Made by a program: the position numbers and the translations under genes
Origin: Coraliomargarita sp.
GTDB taxonomy: Bacteria > Verrucomicrobiota > Verrucomicrobiia > Opitutales > Coraliomargaritaceae
Assembly: GCA_965216325.1 (NCBI GenBank)
Contig: OZ244160.1
Location: 768,001-832,000 of the forward strand
Length of the DNA stretch: 64,000 bases
Direction of reading: 5' to 3'
The notes under the pieces: generated by a model
What the model was told of the DNA's origin: nothing
Database searches by the model: none
What the model saw: the letters and a program-made list of their open reading frames with translations, nothing else
Shown: piece after piece, positions 8,719 through 20,109 of the stretch
Layout: each line of letters opens with the position of its first letter
How positions within the stretch are numbered: position 1 is the first letter of the stretch

Positions 8719-9849
8719 TTAGATCTCCCTCGAGCCAACATACACACGAGCGACTCGCTTGGTAATCGAGCAGAGTGCTTCCCAAGGAATCGTATTGGCC
8801 GTTTGGCTAAATTCGACTGCAGTGAGCTCCGCGGTATCGTTGACGCCGATCAAGGTTGCGCGGTCGCCGGACTCAACGCTCTCGAGCTCAGTGACATCGA
8901 CGATGGTTTGATCCATGGTCACGCGTCCGAGAATTGGGCAACGTTGTCCGTGGATCAGTACATGCCCGCGGTTGCTGAGATCCAGTGGCACACCGTCGCC
9001 GTAGCCTGCAGCAAGCACGGCAATACGAGAGTCGCGTGCCAGCTGGGTGGTTCGATTGTAACTAATGTCAGTGCCAGCCGGTAACGACTTCACGATGCCA
9101 ACTCGAGTGTGGAAGCTGAAGACCGGTTCGACGGTAATGTGCCCAAGGGCCGAGTCCGGGTAGGGTTGGACGCCGAATTGCAGTAGGCCCACACGCACTG
9201 CGTTGAATGGACTGTCTTCGCTCAGTGTTTGCAGGCCTGCCGAATTATCTGCGTGGATGATTAGGTCGGTGGTGTCGAGCTGCTCTAAAATTGCTCGGAG
9301 GCGCTCGCGCTGCAATCGGGTAAACTCACGGTCGGTGTCGGCGCTGGAGAAATGGGTATAGATGCCTTCGAGTTGTAGATGTGGGAGAGCGCGAATCGCC
9401 TTGAGCAAGTCCAAGGCCTCGCTGTGCCAAACACCCAGTCGCCCCATGCCGGTGTCGACTTTGAGATGCACCTTGAGTTGTCTGCTGCGCTGTTCGCCCA
9501 GTTGATTCAAAGCCTTTGCTTCGGCGTGGGTGCTAATAGTGGCGGTCAAGTCGTGGTCCACCAATCGATTCAGCTCTTGTGGGAGCACCGGGCTCAAAAT
9601 CAGGATGGGCCAGCCGGCACCCATGTGACGTATTTCCGCGGCTTCCGCGACGTTCGCCACTGCGAAATAATCGACGCCGCTCTGCATCAGACGGCGGACC
9701 ATGTGTGGCATGCCGTGCCCATAGGCATCCGCTTTAACGACTGAGATGTAGCGTACGCGTTGAGGCAGTGCGGCTTGAATGCACTTTAGGTTGCGTTCAA
9801 AAGCCGCGAGATCGATCTCAGCCCAGCAGCGATGTGGAAGGTCTTTTAT
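8719..9849 (-). CDS. alr: Alanine racemase
   Basis: [16 protein letters not shown] (PLP Lys), [24 protein letters not shown]; frame extends upstream of the tracked ATG 9711, candidate start is ATA at 9849. Confidence 0.9.
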   Translation of the reverse strand: MKDLPHRCWAEIDLAAFERNLKCIQAALPQRVRYISVVKADAYGHGMPHMVRRLMQSGVDYFAVANVAEAAEIRHMGAGWPILILSPVLPQELNRLVDHDLTATISTHAEAKALNQLGEQRSRQLKVHLKVDTGMGRLGVWHSEALDLLKAIRALPHLQLEGIYTHFSSADTDREFTRLQRERLRAILEQLDTTDLIIHADNSAGLQTLSEDSPFNAVRVGLLQFGVQPYPDSALGHITVEPVFSFHTRVGIVKSLPAGTDISYNRTTQLARDSRIAVLAAGYGDGVPLDLSNRGHVLIHGQRCPILGRVTMDQTIVDVTELESVESGDRATLIGVNDTAELTAVEFSQTANTIPWEALCSITKRVARVYVGSREI

Positions 9850-9862
9850 GGCGGGAGTCGGG

Positions 9863-10546
9863 TTAGGCGTTGGCGCGGTGGCGCTCTGCAGTCCACTTCT
9901 GGAAAGTGTTCACGCCAGAGCTATAGAGTTCGACACCTTCGGTCGGGCGAAGCAATGCATTCCCTGCCAGCACTTCAGGCAGACGCTCCGGGCTATAGTT
10001 GACCGTGGTTGCTCCACTGGGTGGGCTTTGCCAGCCTTTGCGCTGTGGTTGGTGAAAAAGAGCGTTACTCCAGGTCTTGAGGGCCTCGTCGTCCACGACT
10101 TCAGTGCTGCCAATCGTGCCGCTTTCAATTTTTACCGCGTTCCATGCGCCTTTCTTCCAGTCGGTGACGAGCAGGGCCTCGGTGGCCTCGGGATAGTCGA
10201 TCCGGATCAGTTGAGCGCTGAGTTGCAGGCTATTGTAGGCAAATCGCTTGGCGGATTGAGGATAGAGGCGGCTCCAAGTTTCAATTGCCATCGAGCAGAG
10301 GCGCAATCCGAGCACGGAGCCAGGGCCTTCGCTGTAGATATACGCGGCAACTTGATCGAGCGACGACCTTGCGTCAGTCAGCACTTGGTCCACCGCGGTA
10401 AACAGTCCTTCGAGTGCGGGTGCTTCGATACGTTGGTTCGCGAGCCACTGCTGGTTTTGCAGTAGTCCTACAAAGACGGCGTTCCCGCTGGCATCGATCA
10501 CGAGGGCGGGCTTGTCATTGGCAAGGTTGTGCGCAGAATTACTCAT
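9863..10546 (-). CDS. tsaB: tRNA threonylcarbamoyladenosine biosynthesis protein TsaB-like
   Basis: [23 protein letters not shown] motif. Confidence 0.75.
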   Translation of the reverse strand: MSNSAHNLANDKPALVIDASGNAVFVGLLQNQQWLANQRIEAPALEGLFTAVDQVLTDARSSLDQVAAYIYSEGPGSVLGLRLCSMAIETWSRLYPQSAKRFAYNSLQLSAQLIRIDYPEATEALLVTDWKKGAWNAVKIESGTIGSTEVVDDEALKTWSNALFHQPQRKGWQSPPSGATTVNYSPERLPEVLAGNALLRPTEGVELYSSGVNTFQKWTAERHRANA

Positions 10547-10773
10547 TGTTGGCGCCATCCTGAAGGCAAAGCTTCTGCGCTGGCAAGCGAGAGCTGCTCA
10601 CAATTTACGCAGTTAGATCTAAGGACTTTGCTTTAGAGCCTGTCAAAAAGATGCTCTTAGATCGTGAATAGCTTGTAACAATGGCTTGCAAAGCCTCATT
10701 TACTCGACAATCGACTGGAATATTGACCTGTCCTTTGGCATCTTGAATAAGGTAGCGCAACTAGCACCTCAGG

Positions 10774-11757
10774 ATGATCGGCGGCTGGTTGAAGAATCTT
10801 ATCCAAATGAGTAAAACATCAGAGATTTATAATAGCGACGCATGGGACAGCCTGCGCAAACGATTTGCAGGCTCGGAAATGAGCGATATGGAGCTGCACA
10901 TTCTTGGGCAGAATGCGGGTAAGTCGTGGCCCTTTAAAGGCTCCGATGAGACGCCTGCGAAGTATCTGGAATTCGATTTTGAAGAACTCGGAAGCGTCCC
11001 AGGGCTCATTGGTAAGAAGCGCCGTATTCAGATCCTGATGGATATTCTAACTGAGACTTTAGCGTTTGATGATCCCTTTGCCGATATGGCTGACAAGGTG
11101 GAGGCTGATGGTGAGCATGATGTCACTTATGAGCGGGTAATGGTTCGTTTTGAAATCCCTGAGGCCTATCCCGCCAAGTTCATTGCGTTCGATACAGAAG
11201 GTCGTGAGTTGATTAAGTCTCAGGGCTGCGAGACACTGGGGGAGGTCGTTCGTTTTATAGCCGACTTGCCCTTTGATTCGGTTGGTGCTGCAGATTTGAA
11301 GACCTTCTTGAATTTGCTGGGGCATAAGGACGAGATCGGAATTGGTCGCTACATCCCGTATCGCCGAGGCAAGCCCGGGCTGCATTTGGCCGAGGCGGTT
11401 GGTCTTATTGCAGCCAATCTTCCGGAGAACTTACAGTTGGAACTTCTCAGCCAGACGGGCCTTGAGCTTAAACCTGATGAAAGCGCTCAGTTGGAAGCGG
11501 CTAGCACGCTGACACTTGAAGGGCAGTTGAAGACTGCACTGGAGCAACTTGACGCAATTGCGGAGCATTTCGCTGAGGAAGCCGCAGCATTGCAGCAATT
11601 GATTGAGGAGGGGGGCTCTTACCAACGCTACTTTATTACTATTAACGATTCCCGCACCGAGCGTATTTCACTGGCGCTGGCTCGTATTAAGTTTGGCGAT
11701 CCAACCAAGGAACGCACGGGCTTGATGGCCAAGCTTAGTGGTATTTTTAACAAATAA
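10774..11757 (+). CDS. Hypothetical protein
   Basis: 327 aa ORF with normal composition; start may be 10807. Confidence 0.7.
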   Translation: MIGGWLKNLIQMSKTSEIYNSDAWDSLRKRFAGSEMSDMELHILGQNAGKSWPFKGSDETPAKYLEFDFEELGSVPGLIGKKRRIQILMDILTETLAFDDPFADMADKVEADGEHDVTYERVMVRFEIPEAYPAKFIAFDTEGRELIKSQGCETLGEVVRFIADLPFDSVGAADLKTFLNLLGHKDEIGIGRYIPYRRGKPGLHLAEAVGLIAANLPENLQLELLSQTGLELKPDESAQLEAASTLTLEGQLKTALEQLDAIAEHFAEEAAALQQLIEEGGSYQRYFITINDSRTERISLALARIKFGDPTKERTGLMAKLSGIFNK

Positions 11758-11763
11758 ATTTTT

Positions 11764-12252
11764 ATGTCTACTGCTCCACAATCTGATGAAGGATCCTTCT
11801 GGGATCGCGAAGCATTACTGGCTAAACGCGAAAACGAACTCTTTGAAAAGGAAGAGGAGTTAAAACAGCGTGAGCAGGCGCTCCTGACTGAAGAGGCTGA
11901 ACGCATCGAGAAGAATCGCGATTTGGAGCAGCGCGAGGCGATCGTTGTTGATCGTGAACTTACCTTGCGTGAGACGGAAGCCTTATTGGATGCGCGCGAA
12001 AAAGTGATCAATGCATCCAGCCAAACGGCCGCGCCAATGGATGTTGAAAGTCTCCAAGCTGAGGCGCTTCTCAAAATTCAGGCGCAATTCGATGTGCGTG
12101 AAGCCAAAATGAAAGAAGCGGAGCGTGCCTTGCGTGAGCGTGAGATCTATGTTGAAGAGTGCGAGAACGCCCTGTCTGAGCGCGGGCTACAGATGCAGGA
12201 ACGTGAAGCGCGTATCGAACAAGCCGAAGAAAATCTCTCGCTCGGCTCCTAG
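11764..12252 (+). CDS. Coiled-coil hypothetical protein
   Basis: E/R/L-rich heptad pattern (REQAL, REAIV, REARI). Confidence 0.7.
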   Translation: MSTAPQSDEGSFWDREALLAKRENELFEKEEELKQREQALLTEEAERIEKNRDLEQREAIVVDRELTLRETEALLDAREKVINASSQTAAPMDVESLQAEALLKIQAQFDVREAKMKEAERALREREIYVEECENALSERGLQMQEREARIEQAEENLSLGS

Positions 12253-12340
12253 AGGTAGCACAGGCTCGGCCGTGTTATCCTTAACGCGCCGTAAAAGCTT
12301 TTTCGGCAGTTCGATAGGGATATCGAACCCTACCTTTACC

Positions 12341-13459
12341 TTATCCCAGATCGATCTGTTCGACGATCTCGAGGTCGTAACCGTCTAAGCCCACGACTTT
12401 ACGCTGGGTGCTGGAAAGCAGGCGGATTTGTTTTAAGCCGAGTTCAGATAGAATCTGTGCACCAATCCCGTAGTCACGGAAGTCCATTTTGGCGGGGCCG
12501 ACGTCCTTCATCTGCGTCTCGCCGCCGCGTTCGATAATACGTATGCCGCCTTGTGGCTGTTCGATATAAAGCAAGACGCCGTGCTTTGCTTTAGCGATCT
12601 GTTTCATCGCAGCACTGAGCGCATTGAAACCACCGAGCTCCTTGGATCTGAAAATGTCGCCGAGTAGATTTTCACTCTGCACACGAACCAGGGTTGGTTC
12701 GGCGTTGAGTTCTCCCATCGACAATGCGAAGTGCTGACGGTCATCGAGAATGCTGCGGAACACATGCAGGTCAAAGGTGCCGAACTCAGACTCGAATGGA
12801 CGGGTCAATACGTGCTCGATCAACTTGTCACGGGTGTGGCGATACTCGATCAGGTCGGCGATCGAGATCAGTTTTAGGCCGTGCTCCTCTTTGAATTTAA
12901 TCAAGTCCGGCACGCGGGCGAGGGTGCCGTCTTCGTTCAGAATCTCGCAAATGACACCGCTTGGGTTGAGGCCCGCGAGTTGGGCGAGATCGACCGCCGC
13001 TTCAGTGTGGCCCGCACGTTGCAGAACGCCGCCTGGCTTAGCACGCAGTGGGAACACGTGGCCCGGTTGCACCAGCATGTCCGGATGGGCAGTTGGATCG
13101 CTGAGGATACGAATGGTCTCTGCGCGATCGTAGGCGCTGATGCCAGTGGTGATACCTTCTGCAGCATCGACGGAAATCGCAAAATCAGTCTGATGTGACT
13201 CGCGGTTTTCAGATGCCATTGGGTTGATTCCGAGGCGGCGCAATTGATGACCAAGCATTGGCACGCAGATGAGGCCGCGGGCGTGGAGAATCATCTGATT
13301 CACTGCTTGTGGAGTGACTTTTTCGGCTGCCATCACCAAGTCGCCTTCGTTCTCACGATTTTCGTCGTCGGTCACGATCACGAGCTTACCATCTGCGATG
13401 TCGCGGATGGCATCTTCTACCTTGTCGAAGGCATCGGATTTGTCTTTTGCTTGAGTCAT
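12341..13459 (-). CDS. ribB: 3,4-dihydroxy-2-butanone 4-phosphate synthase fused to a degenerate GTP cyclohydrolase II domain
   Basis: DDENRENEGDL, PGHVFPL, GHTEAAVDL; C-terminal RDYGIGAQIL but Zn-binding Cys absent; start ATG 13459. Confidence 0.9.
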   Translation of the reverse strand: MTQAKDKSDAFDKVEDAIRDIADGKLVIVTDDENRENEGDLVMAAEKVTPQAVNQMILHARGLICVPMLGHQLRRLGINPMASENRESHQTDFAISVDAAEGITTGISAYDRAETIRILSDPTAHPDMLVQPGHVFPLRAKPGGVLQRAGHTEAAVDLAQLAGLNPSGVICEILNEDGTLARVPDLIKFKEEHGLKLISIADLIEYRHTRDKLIEHVLTRPFESEFGTFDLHVFRSILDDRQHFALSMGELNAEPTLVRVQSENLLGDIFRSKELGGFNALSAAMKQIAKAKHGVLLYIEQPQGGIRIIERGGETQMKDVGPAKMDFRDYGIGAQILSELGLKQIRLLSSTQRKVVGLDGYDLEIVEQIDLG

Positions 13460-13516
13460 TATTGCGTTGAATGAATCGGATTCTACGCAACGCGCAACGG
13501 TTATTCCATCCTTTCT

Positions 13517-14497
13517 ATGAGCCTGCCCGAACACGTTCCCGACGAGCACACTGATGCCATGTGGGCCTTATCCGAGCGCCTTGGGCGCTTGGAGTTTGAG
13601 CGGCGACTGGCCAAAGAAGCGCAAATACGCAAGGCACGAGGGAATGGGCATAGTCGTGGAATCTTTCGCCGGGAGCGTCTGCTGAACGTCTACGGTATTC
13701 TTCGTGTTTCCTTGGTCTGCTGTGGTGTATGGCAGCGCGCAGTGCGTAATTACCTGGATGTGCAGCTGACCAATCAAGACTGGCGTTTTGAGCATTTGCC
13801 GAAGGCCTTTGACGGTTATCGCATCTTGCAACTCACCGATTTGCACGCAGACCTACATCCGGACTTTCCGGCGGCGGTGATTTATGCGCTGAATCAGGTC
13901 GAGTATGACCTTCTGGTGGTGACTGGAGATTTTCGAACCTGCACCTATGGTGACCATAGTGGTGCGAATACCGCAGCGATTGAGATCTTACAGCACGCCA
14001 AGGCCCCAGTGTATGCGACTCTGGGGAATCACGACTTCCTGTGCAAGGTGCCGGAGCTTGAAGCTGCAGGCATTCGCTTTTTACTCAACGAGTCTGCTCG
14101 GATCGAACGCGAAGGAGAGTCACTCTACTTGGTCGGTATCGACGACCCCAACTATTATAAGACACACAACTTCAAGCGAGCGGTTGAGGGCATCCCGACG
14201 GAATCCTTCCGTGTGCTACTCTCACACTCGCCGGAAACCTACCGAGAGGCGATGGACTATGGGATGGATTTGCTCTTGGCGGGCCATACGCACGGCGGGC
14301 AGCTATGTCTACCCGGTGGTCACGTGCTGGTTCATGATTCCAGTTCGCCACGCAGGCTCTTGTCGGGGGCGTGGTCGGAAGGATCCTTAAAAGGCTATAC
14401 CAGTCGAGGCACCGGTGCCACTGGTTTGCCCGTGCGCTTGAATTGTCCCGCAGAAATCACGCTGCATACCTTGCGGCGTGATGAACGAATTAAGTAG
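13517..14497 (+). CDS. Metallophosphoesterase (calcineurin-like)
   Basis: TDLH, TGDF, LGNHD, LSHSP, GHTHGGQ. Confidence 0.9.
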   Translation: MSLPEHVPDEHTDAMWALSERLGRLEFERRLAKEAQIRKARGNGHSRGIFRRERLLNVYGILRVSLVCCGVWQRAVRNYLDVQLTNQDWRFEHLPKAFDGYRILQLTDLHADLHPDFPAAVIYALNQVEYDLLVVTGDFRTCTYGDHSGANTAAIEILQHAKAPVYATLGNHDFLCKVPELEAAGIRFLLNESARIEREGESLYLVGIDDPNYYKTHNFKRAVEGIPTESFRVLLSHSPETYREAMDYGMDLLLAGHTHGGQLCLPGGHVLVHDSSSPRRLLSGAWSEGSLKGYTSRGTGATGLPVRLNCPAEITLHTLRRDERIK

Positions 14498-14724
14498 GGC
14501 CTTTGCTTGCAAAGTGCCATCACCGACGGGAGCTCATTGTGAGCGGCATTGTGCGCTTCGACAAACTCAGGACCTTGGCCCTGTCAAATGGCGAGGCGTG
14601 CCTGCGCTATCCGCGTGTTTCTGTAGGATGAGACTTGCCTAATCAATAGATTGACTACTAAGTAGTGACACATCGCTTCCTTTCTGCGGCGTATCCTTTC
14701 ACCCAATACATTATTTTTTCTTGA

Positions 14725-16083
14725 ATGCGCATCGACCGGTATATTGCCCGCACACGTGTGATTGATATCCAAAGCACGGATTTCAAAAGTGCATTGGCTG
14801 AACTGTTAGATGTTTGTGATGTTACCAAGGAGAAGGGGTTGACCAAGAATCGCTTGCTTAAGGATCTGCTTGAACGTGAAAAGCAGATGACGACCTATCT
14901 CGGCAATGGCGTCTGCTTACCACACGCACGTGTGCCGATGAAGCGCAACTACATGATTGCGGTCGGTCGCTGTCCGGATGGCCTGCGCTATGATGGTCAG
15001 AAAGAATACCGTGATATTCGCTATGTCTTTCTGCTGCTCGCATCGGAGAACGCGCGCAGCTATCTCTACAGCTTGGCGTCGCTTGCACGGGTTTTTCAGG
15101 ATAAGTCGCACATGGCGCGCTTAGAAGCTGCGCGATCTCTTCCTGAATTTCGTAGGGAATTAAAGGCTGTATTCGGAGGTGAGGCGACGGCGCCTAAGCG
15201 CCAGCATGACCGCTTCAATAACTTGATCCTGAAGGAGGCTGGTAAGATCGCGCAGGGCTCAAATTGCAGTGCGGTTCTTGTCTTTGGCGATACCTTTGGT
15301 GGTGGCATTGAGCTGGGGGATACCTTTAAGGGCTTTAAGACGGTGTTGATTGCGCATGGCACGTCTGAGGTGGTTAGTGAGCGCGAGGATATTGATGCAG
15401 TCTTGCCGATTCGCTCCTTTAGTAATCAGCGCTTCTCGCAATTGCGCAGCGCGGTGCTGATCGGTCTGACGCGTGGCATCTTCTCGAGTTCCGACCGTTT
15501 GCTTTGTGTCGGTGGGATGCCGCAGAGTAACCAGTTCGACAGTATTACCGTGGTCGATGTCGAGCGCGAGTTCAGCACTATGCTCTTCCATAAGAGCGAG
15601 ATGCTGCCATCGTCCGTGAAGCCGGAAGTCATCGAGCGCGTCTTGGCGATTGCCACCGAGCTAGCAGTCGAGGGACGGGAAGGGCACCCGGTCGGCTGCC
15701 TATTTGCGCTGGGTAACTCCGAGAAAATTTCGGAATATACCAAGCCACTGATTTTGAATCCATTTTTTGGATACAAGGACGAAGACCGCAATATCCTGAA
15801 TCCGTTCATGGATGAGACGGTCAAGGAGCTGTCCTCGATTGATGGTGCCTTCATTATTCGTGGAGACGGAGTGTTGATTTCGGCGGGCTCGCTCATTCAT
15901 GCACCGGATTACAATCACAATTTGCCGAGTGGGCTTGGCAGTCGTCACGCCGCAGCCGCATCGATCACCCAGGCGGTGGATTGTCTCTGTGTCGTGGTTT
16001 CCGGTAGCACCGGACAGGTGACGCTATTCCGCCGCGGCGAGATGCTGCCGCTGATTGAGAAGACCCTGGTTCCTACGAGGTAG
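14725..16083 (+). CDS. PTS EIIA domain-diadenylate cyclase (DisA_N/DAC) fusion
   Basis: N-terminal EREKQMTTYLGNGVCLPHAR (EIIA phospho-His motif); C-terminal EGREG..VG, IDGAF, GSRHAAA, VVSGSTG. Confidence 0.85.
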   Translation: MRIDRYIARTRVIDIQSTDFKSALAELLDVCDVTKEKGLTKNRLLKDLLEREKQMTTYLGNGVCLPHARVPMKRNYMIAVGRCPDGLRYDGQKEYRDIRYVFLLLASENARSYLYSLASLARVFQDKSHMARLEAARSLPEFRRELKAVFGGEATAPKRQHDRFNNLILKEAGKIAQGSNCSAVLVFGDTFGGGIELGDTFKGFKTVLIAHGTSEVVSEREDIDAVLPIRSFSNQRFSQLRSAVLIGLTRGIFSSSDRLLCVGGMPQSNQFDSITVVDVEREFSTMLFHKSEMLPSSVKPEVIERVLAIATELAVEGREGHPVGCLFALGNSEKISEYTKPLILNPFFGYKDEDRNILNPFMDETVKELSSIDGAFIIRGDGVLISAGSLIHAPDYNHNLPSGLGSRHAAAASITQAVDCLCVVVSGSTGQVTLFRRGEMLPLIEKTLVPTR

Positions 16084-16092
16084 AGTGGAGGC

Positions 16093-16184
16093 GTAGCGTG
16101 AAGCTTCAGCAAGCGCTTCACCGAGTATGTGCCTCGCTGCAGTAAGCTTACAACACAGAGGGCGTTTGTTGAAACTGCACGCTA
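16093..16184. repeat. GTAG-family REP-like inverted repeat (diverged copy)
   Basis: GTAGCGTGAAGCTTCAGCAAGCGC...GCGTTTGTTGAAACTGCACGCTA; same family as 29495 and 35640. Confidence 0.7.
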
Positions 16185-16290
16185 GGAGAGCAAACACTCA
16201 GGCGTCTCGGAGTCAGGCTGCTTCTGCAAAGTGTGAAAGTCTGATATCCGACCTTTACACTTTCCCTCCTTCATACCTTCATACACCACG

Positions 16291-17103
16291 ATGAGCACCT
16301 CGCGAATAGTTAACGCCTTTGCCAAAGCCCGGGAAGAGAACCGTGCCGCCTTCGTCGGCTATCTTTGCGCCGGAGATCCCGATTTGGAGACCTCGGTCCG
16401 TGCCTGTCGTGCGGTGATTGAGTCTGGAGTGGATGTTTTGGAGTTGGGTGTGCCGTTTTCTGACCCTTTGGCCGATGGTATGACTAATCAGTTGGCGGCC
16501 CAGCGTGCGCTTGAGAGCGGCAGCACTAGTGAGCGAGTGTTCGAGCTTGTGCGTGCGATTCGCGAGTTCAGCGAGGTGCCGATTGTGTTCTACACCTACT
16601 ACAATCTGGTGTTTGCCAAGGGCAGTGCCGCCTACGCGGAAGAGGCCAAGGCTGCTGGTGTCGATGGCATGCTGACCCTTGACCTGCCACCGGAAGAGGC
16701 GGGCGATCACCTCGAAGCCTGCGATAAGCACGGCATCGAAACAGTCTTCATCGTTGCACCGACCACACCAGACGAGCGTCTCGAAATCATCTGCAAGGCG
16801 ACCACCGGTTTTGTTTACTACGTCTCCCGAGAAGGGGTTACCGGTGAGCGCAGTTCTATGGCCGAAGGCATCGCTGATCGTGTGGCTGTAATCAAACAAC
16901 ACACCGATAAGCCAGTCGTCGTTGGTTTCGGGATTTCCTCCGCCGAGCATGTCAACACAGTCGCGCAGGCAGCCGACGGAGTGGTCGTTGGTAGTGCGAT
17001 CGTGAACTGTATCGCCAACAACTTGGGTGATGCGGACGCAATTGTCGGCGCACTGACTGATAAAATGGGCGAGCTCACTGCAGGCGGGGCTCTCGGAAAG
17101 TAG
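16291..17103 (+). CDS. trpA: Tryptophan synthase alpha chain
   Basis: AGDPD, LELGVPFSDPLADG, VSREGVTG, VGFGIS, GVVVGSA. Confidence 0.97.
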   Translation: MSTSRIVNAFAKAREENRAAFVGYLCAGDPDLETSVRACRAVIESGVDVLELGVPFSDPLADGMTNQLAAQRALESGSTSERVFELVRAIREFSEVPIVFYTYYNLVFAKGSAAYAEEAKAAGVDGMLTLDLPPEEAGDHLEACDKHGIETVFIVAPTTPDERLEIICKATTGFVYYVSREGVTGERSSMAEGIADRVAVIKQHTDKPVVVGFGISSAEHVNTVAQAADGVVVGSAIVNCIANNLGDADAIVGALTDKMGELTAGGALGK

Positions 17104-17269
17104 CCAGAAATTGGCACAAGATCGGCTAATCGCTGTCACGAAAACGCAAGCTATGCAACGGTTTAGCGTTATTCGTCGTTTCGCGCTTTCCTAACCGATT
17201 TTTTTAGTTAATTTGCCATCATTTCCCGCTGAAAAGCGGATCATATAGACCTATATATCGAACAGTCTC

Positions 17270-19810
17270 ATGCCAACATCAGCAGCCAAGAAAACCAAGA
17301 AAGCCGCCACTAAAAAGGCAGCTGCCAAGTCCACCGAGAAGAACGGAAACTGCTTCCGTTTCGAAGTCGGCGGCACGAAAGAGTCGATCAAAACCTCGAT
17401 TTTAAACCACCTGCGCTACACACTCGCGCGTCACGCGGAAAGCGCGACCAAGGACGAGTGGTGGACTGCGACCTGCTATGCGGTGCGCGACCGCTTGCTC
17501 GATCGCTTCATGAAGACGCAGGAAGTGCACCACGAAAAGAAGGTGCGCCGCGCATACTACCTCAGCCTGGAGTATTTGATGGGCCGTCTGATGGTGAACA
17601 ATCTCCATAACGCCGGCCTCTACACTCAGACTCGTGAGGCACTCGAAGAGCTTGGCCAAGATTTCGAAGACATTGCCAGCGAAGAAGCGGACATGGGCCT
17701 CGGTAACGGTGGTCTCGGCCGTCTTGCATCCTGCTTCCTCGACTCGCTTGCGACACTCGATTTGCCAGCGGTTGGTTATGGTATTCACTACGAGTTCGGT
17801 CTGTTCCGCCAAGAGTTCAAGGACGGTCACCAAATCGAGCACCCGGACGTCTGGCAGGAAAAGGGCTGCCCATGGGAAGTCATGCGCCCGAATTTCGCGC
17901 AGGAGATTCAACTCTACGGCCGCGTTGAACACCAGATGGACGATAAGGGCACCTTCCACCCGGTCTGGGTCGACTACAAGACCATCGAGGGCGTGCCCTT
18001 TGATATCGGTATCGTGGGCCACGGCGGTGAGACTGTAAACTTCCTCCGCCTCTGGGATTCCAAGGCATCGCACGAGTTCGACCTCAACATCTTCAACGAA
18101 GGTGGTTACGTCGAAGCTGTCCGAGAGAAGGCCATGGGTGAAACCATCTCCAAGGTGCTTTACCCGAACGACGCGACTGAAACCGGTAAGGAGCTGCGCC
18201 TCGTGCAGCAATACTTCTTCGTCAGCTGCTCGCTGAAGGACATCATCCGCCGCTTCCACAACAACCACAGCGACTGGGCCGACTTCCCTAAGTTCAACGC
18301 GATCCAGCTCAATGACACGCACCCAGCCATCGCGGTGCCGGAGCTCATGCGCCTGCTCGTCGACGAGCACGGTCTGGATTGGGACACCGCTTGGGAGATC
18401 ACCCGTAGCACTTGCAACTACACCAACCACACACTCCTTCCGGAAGCGCTGGAGAAGTGGTCCGTGCCGCTGTTCGAAAAGGTCCTTCCACGCCACCTTG
18501 AGATCGTTTACGAAATCAACCGCCGCTTCCTCGAAGACGAAGTCGAAGCCAAGTGGCCGGGCGACGGCAGTAAGAAGGCCGAGCTTTCCATCATCGAAGA
18601 GGGCTACCCAAAGATGATCCGTATGGCCTACCTTTCCGTGGTCGGTTCGACCAAGGTCAACGGTGTGGCAGCGTTGCACACCGAGCTGCTCAAGAAGCAC
18701 CTCTTCGCGACCTTCCACGAGCTCTATCCAAACAAGCTCATCAACATGACCAACGGCATCACACCACGCCGCTGGTTGCTTGCTTGTAACCAGGGCCTCA
18801 GCGATTTGATCACTGACAAGATCGGCAGTGACTGGCCGAAAGACCTCGATAAGTTGCAGGGCATCGCGAAGTTTGCCAACGATGCCAAGTTTCAGAAGCG
18901 CTTCATGGACATCAAGCGTGCCAACAAGCAGGCCTTTGCCGACTTCGTGCTCGCTGACTCCGGCCTTGAAATCAGCACCGATGCTATTTTTGACATTCAG
19001 ATCAAGCGCCTACACGAATACAAGCGCCAGCACCTCAACTTGCTGCACATTCTGACGCTGTATCGCCGCCTGCTCAACGACCCGAACTACGAGATGAACC
19101 CACGCGTGTTCGTCTTCGGCGCCAAAGCAGCACCGGGCTATGCCCTCGCCAAGAACATCATCCGCGCGATCAACAAGGTCGCCGATAAGGTGAACAACGA
19201 CGAGCGCATCGGTGGTAAGATCAAGATTGTCTTCCCGCACAACTACCGTGTCACCATGGCCGAGAAGATGATTCCGGCAGCCGACGTGTCCGAGCAAATC
19301 TCGACTGCGGGTAAGGAAGCATCCGGCACTGGTAACATGAAGCTCGCACTCAACGGTGCGCTCACCATCGGCACCCTCGATGGCGCCAACGTCGAGATCG
19401 GCGAAGAAGTGGGCGAGGACAACATCTTCATCTTCGGTAAGACTGTTGAAGAAGTGGAAGCGATCCGCGCTGCGGGTTACAACCCATACGATTACTATAA
19501 CAGCAACTGGGAGCTGAAGGCTGTAATCGATTGGTTGCGCTCCGACTACTTCACACCGGGCGAGCACGATGCCTTTGCACCGCTGTGCAGCAGCTGGCTC
19601 GAAGGTGGCGACCCGTATCTCTGCCTTGCGGACTACGCCGACTACGTGCGTGCACAGGAAGACCTCGACAAAGCCTTCAGCGACAAGAAGCGCTGGGCCA
19701 AGATGGCGATCCTCAACACCGCCAAGATGGGCAAGTTCTCCAGCGACCGCACCATCAGCGAATACGCCGAGCACATCTGGAAGCTCAAGTCCGTCAAAAT
19801 CGGCAAGTAG
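17270..19810 (+). CDS. glgP: Glycogen/alpha-glucan phosphorylase
   Basis: [37 protein letters not shown]. Confidence 0.97.
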   Translation: MPTSAAKKTKKAATKKAAAKSTEKNGNCFRFEVGGTKESIKTSILNHLRYTLARHAESATKDEWWTATCYAVRDRLLDRFMKTQEVHHEKKVRRAYYLSLEYLMGRLMVNNLHNAGLYTQTREALEELGQDFEDIASEEADMGLGNGGLGRLASCFLDSLATLDLPAVGYGIHYEFGLFRQEFKDGHQIEHPDVWQEKGCPWEVMRPNFAQEIQLYGRVEHQMDDKGTFHPVWVDYKTIEGVPFDIGIVGHGGETVNFLRLWDSKASHEFDLNIFNEGGYVEAVREKAMGETISKVLYPNDATETGKELRLVQQYFFVSCSLKDIIRRFHNNHSDWADFPKFNAIQLNDTHPAIAVPELMRLLVDEHGLDWDTAWEITRSTCNYTNHTLLPEALEKWSVPLFEKVLPRHLEIVYEINRRFLEDEVEAKWPGDGSKKAELSIIEEGYPKMIRMAYLSVVGSTKVNGVAALHTELLKKHLFATFHELYPNKLINMTNGITPRRWLLACNQGLSDLITDKIGSDWPKDLDKLQGIAKFANDAKFQKRFMDIKRANKQAFADFVLADSGLEISTDAIFDIQIKRLHEYKRQHLNLLHILTLYRRLLNDPNYEMNPRVFVFGAKAAPGYALAKNIIRAINKVADKVNNDERIGGKIKIVFPHNYRVTMAEKMIPAADVSEQISTAGKEASGTGNMKLALNGALTIGTLDGANVEIGEEVGEDNIFIFGKTVEEVEAIRAAGYNPYDYYNSNWELKAVIDWLRSDYFTPGEHDAFAPLCSSWLEGGDPYLCLADYADYVRAQEDLDKAFSDKKRWAKMAILNTAKMGKFSSDRTISEYAEHIWKLKSVKIGK

Positions 19811-19828
19811 CCAACAAGCAATTCAAGC

Positions 19829-19861
19829 AAAAGGGCGCACTATTTGGTGCGCCCTTTTTTT
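19829..19861 (+). terminator. Intrinsic terminator after glgP
   Basis: AAAAGGGCGCAC-loop-GTGCGCCCTTTTTT. Confidence 0.85.
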
Positions 19862-20109
19862 GTTTTGGGAACCACGAACTGCACGCAGCCGAACCGCTGA
19901 AAGGATTTAACCCGCAATTGCACCAGTTGCTGAGTGTCGGGATGTCAGTAATTCATGTTGAGCAGTCAGCGAATTGTCGCTCAAAATTCGCGGTGTTACA
20001 AAAATGACACTCTTTAACTTTGAGTCCACAGGCGGCTTGTTAACCACTGATCCAGAAGACGATGGAACGTTTGCTTTGCATGCGTATCTTGCGTCCCTTA
20101 GCGGCAGAT

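Noticed and set aside
13460..13516. FMN riboswitch upstream of ribB
   Set aside because: Only ~57 bp of divergent intergenic space, and no recognisable aptamer motifs
17402..19774. Long antisense ORFs (438 aa, 254 aa) opposite glgP; similar ones opposite trpA and glgA
   Set aside because: Expected shadows of strong codon bias in real genes; no recognisable motifs
19862..20109. ncRNA or small gene between glgP and hemL (also 40380-40758 and 42751-43171)
   Set aside because: Only repeat-like fragments are visible; no tRNA or known RNA structure can be supported by eye
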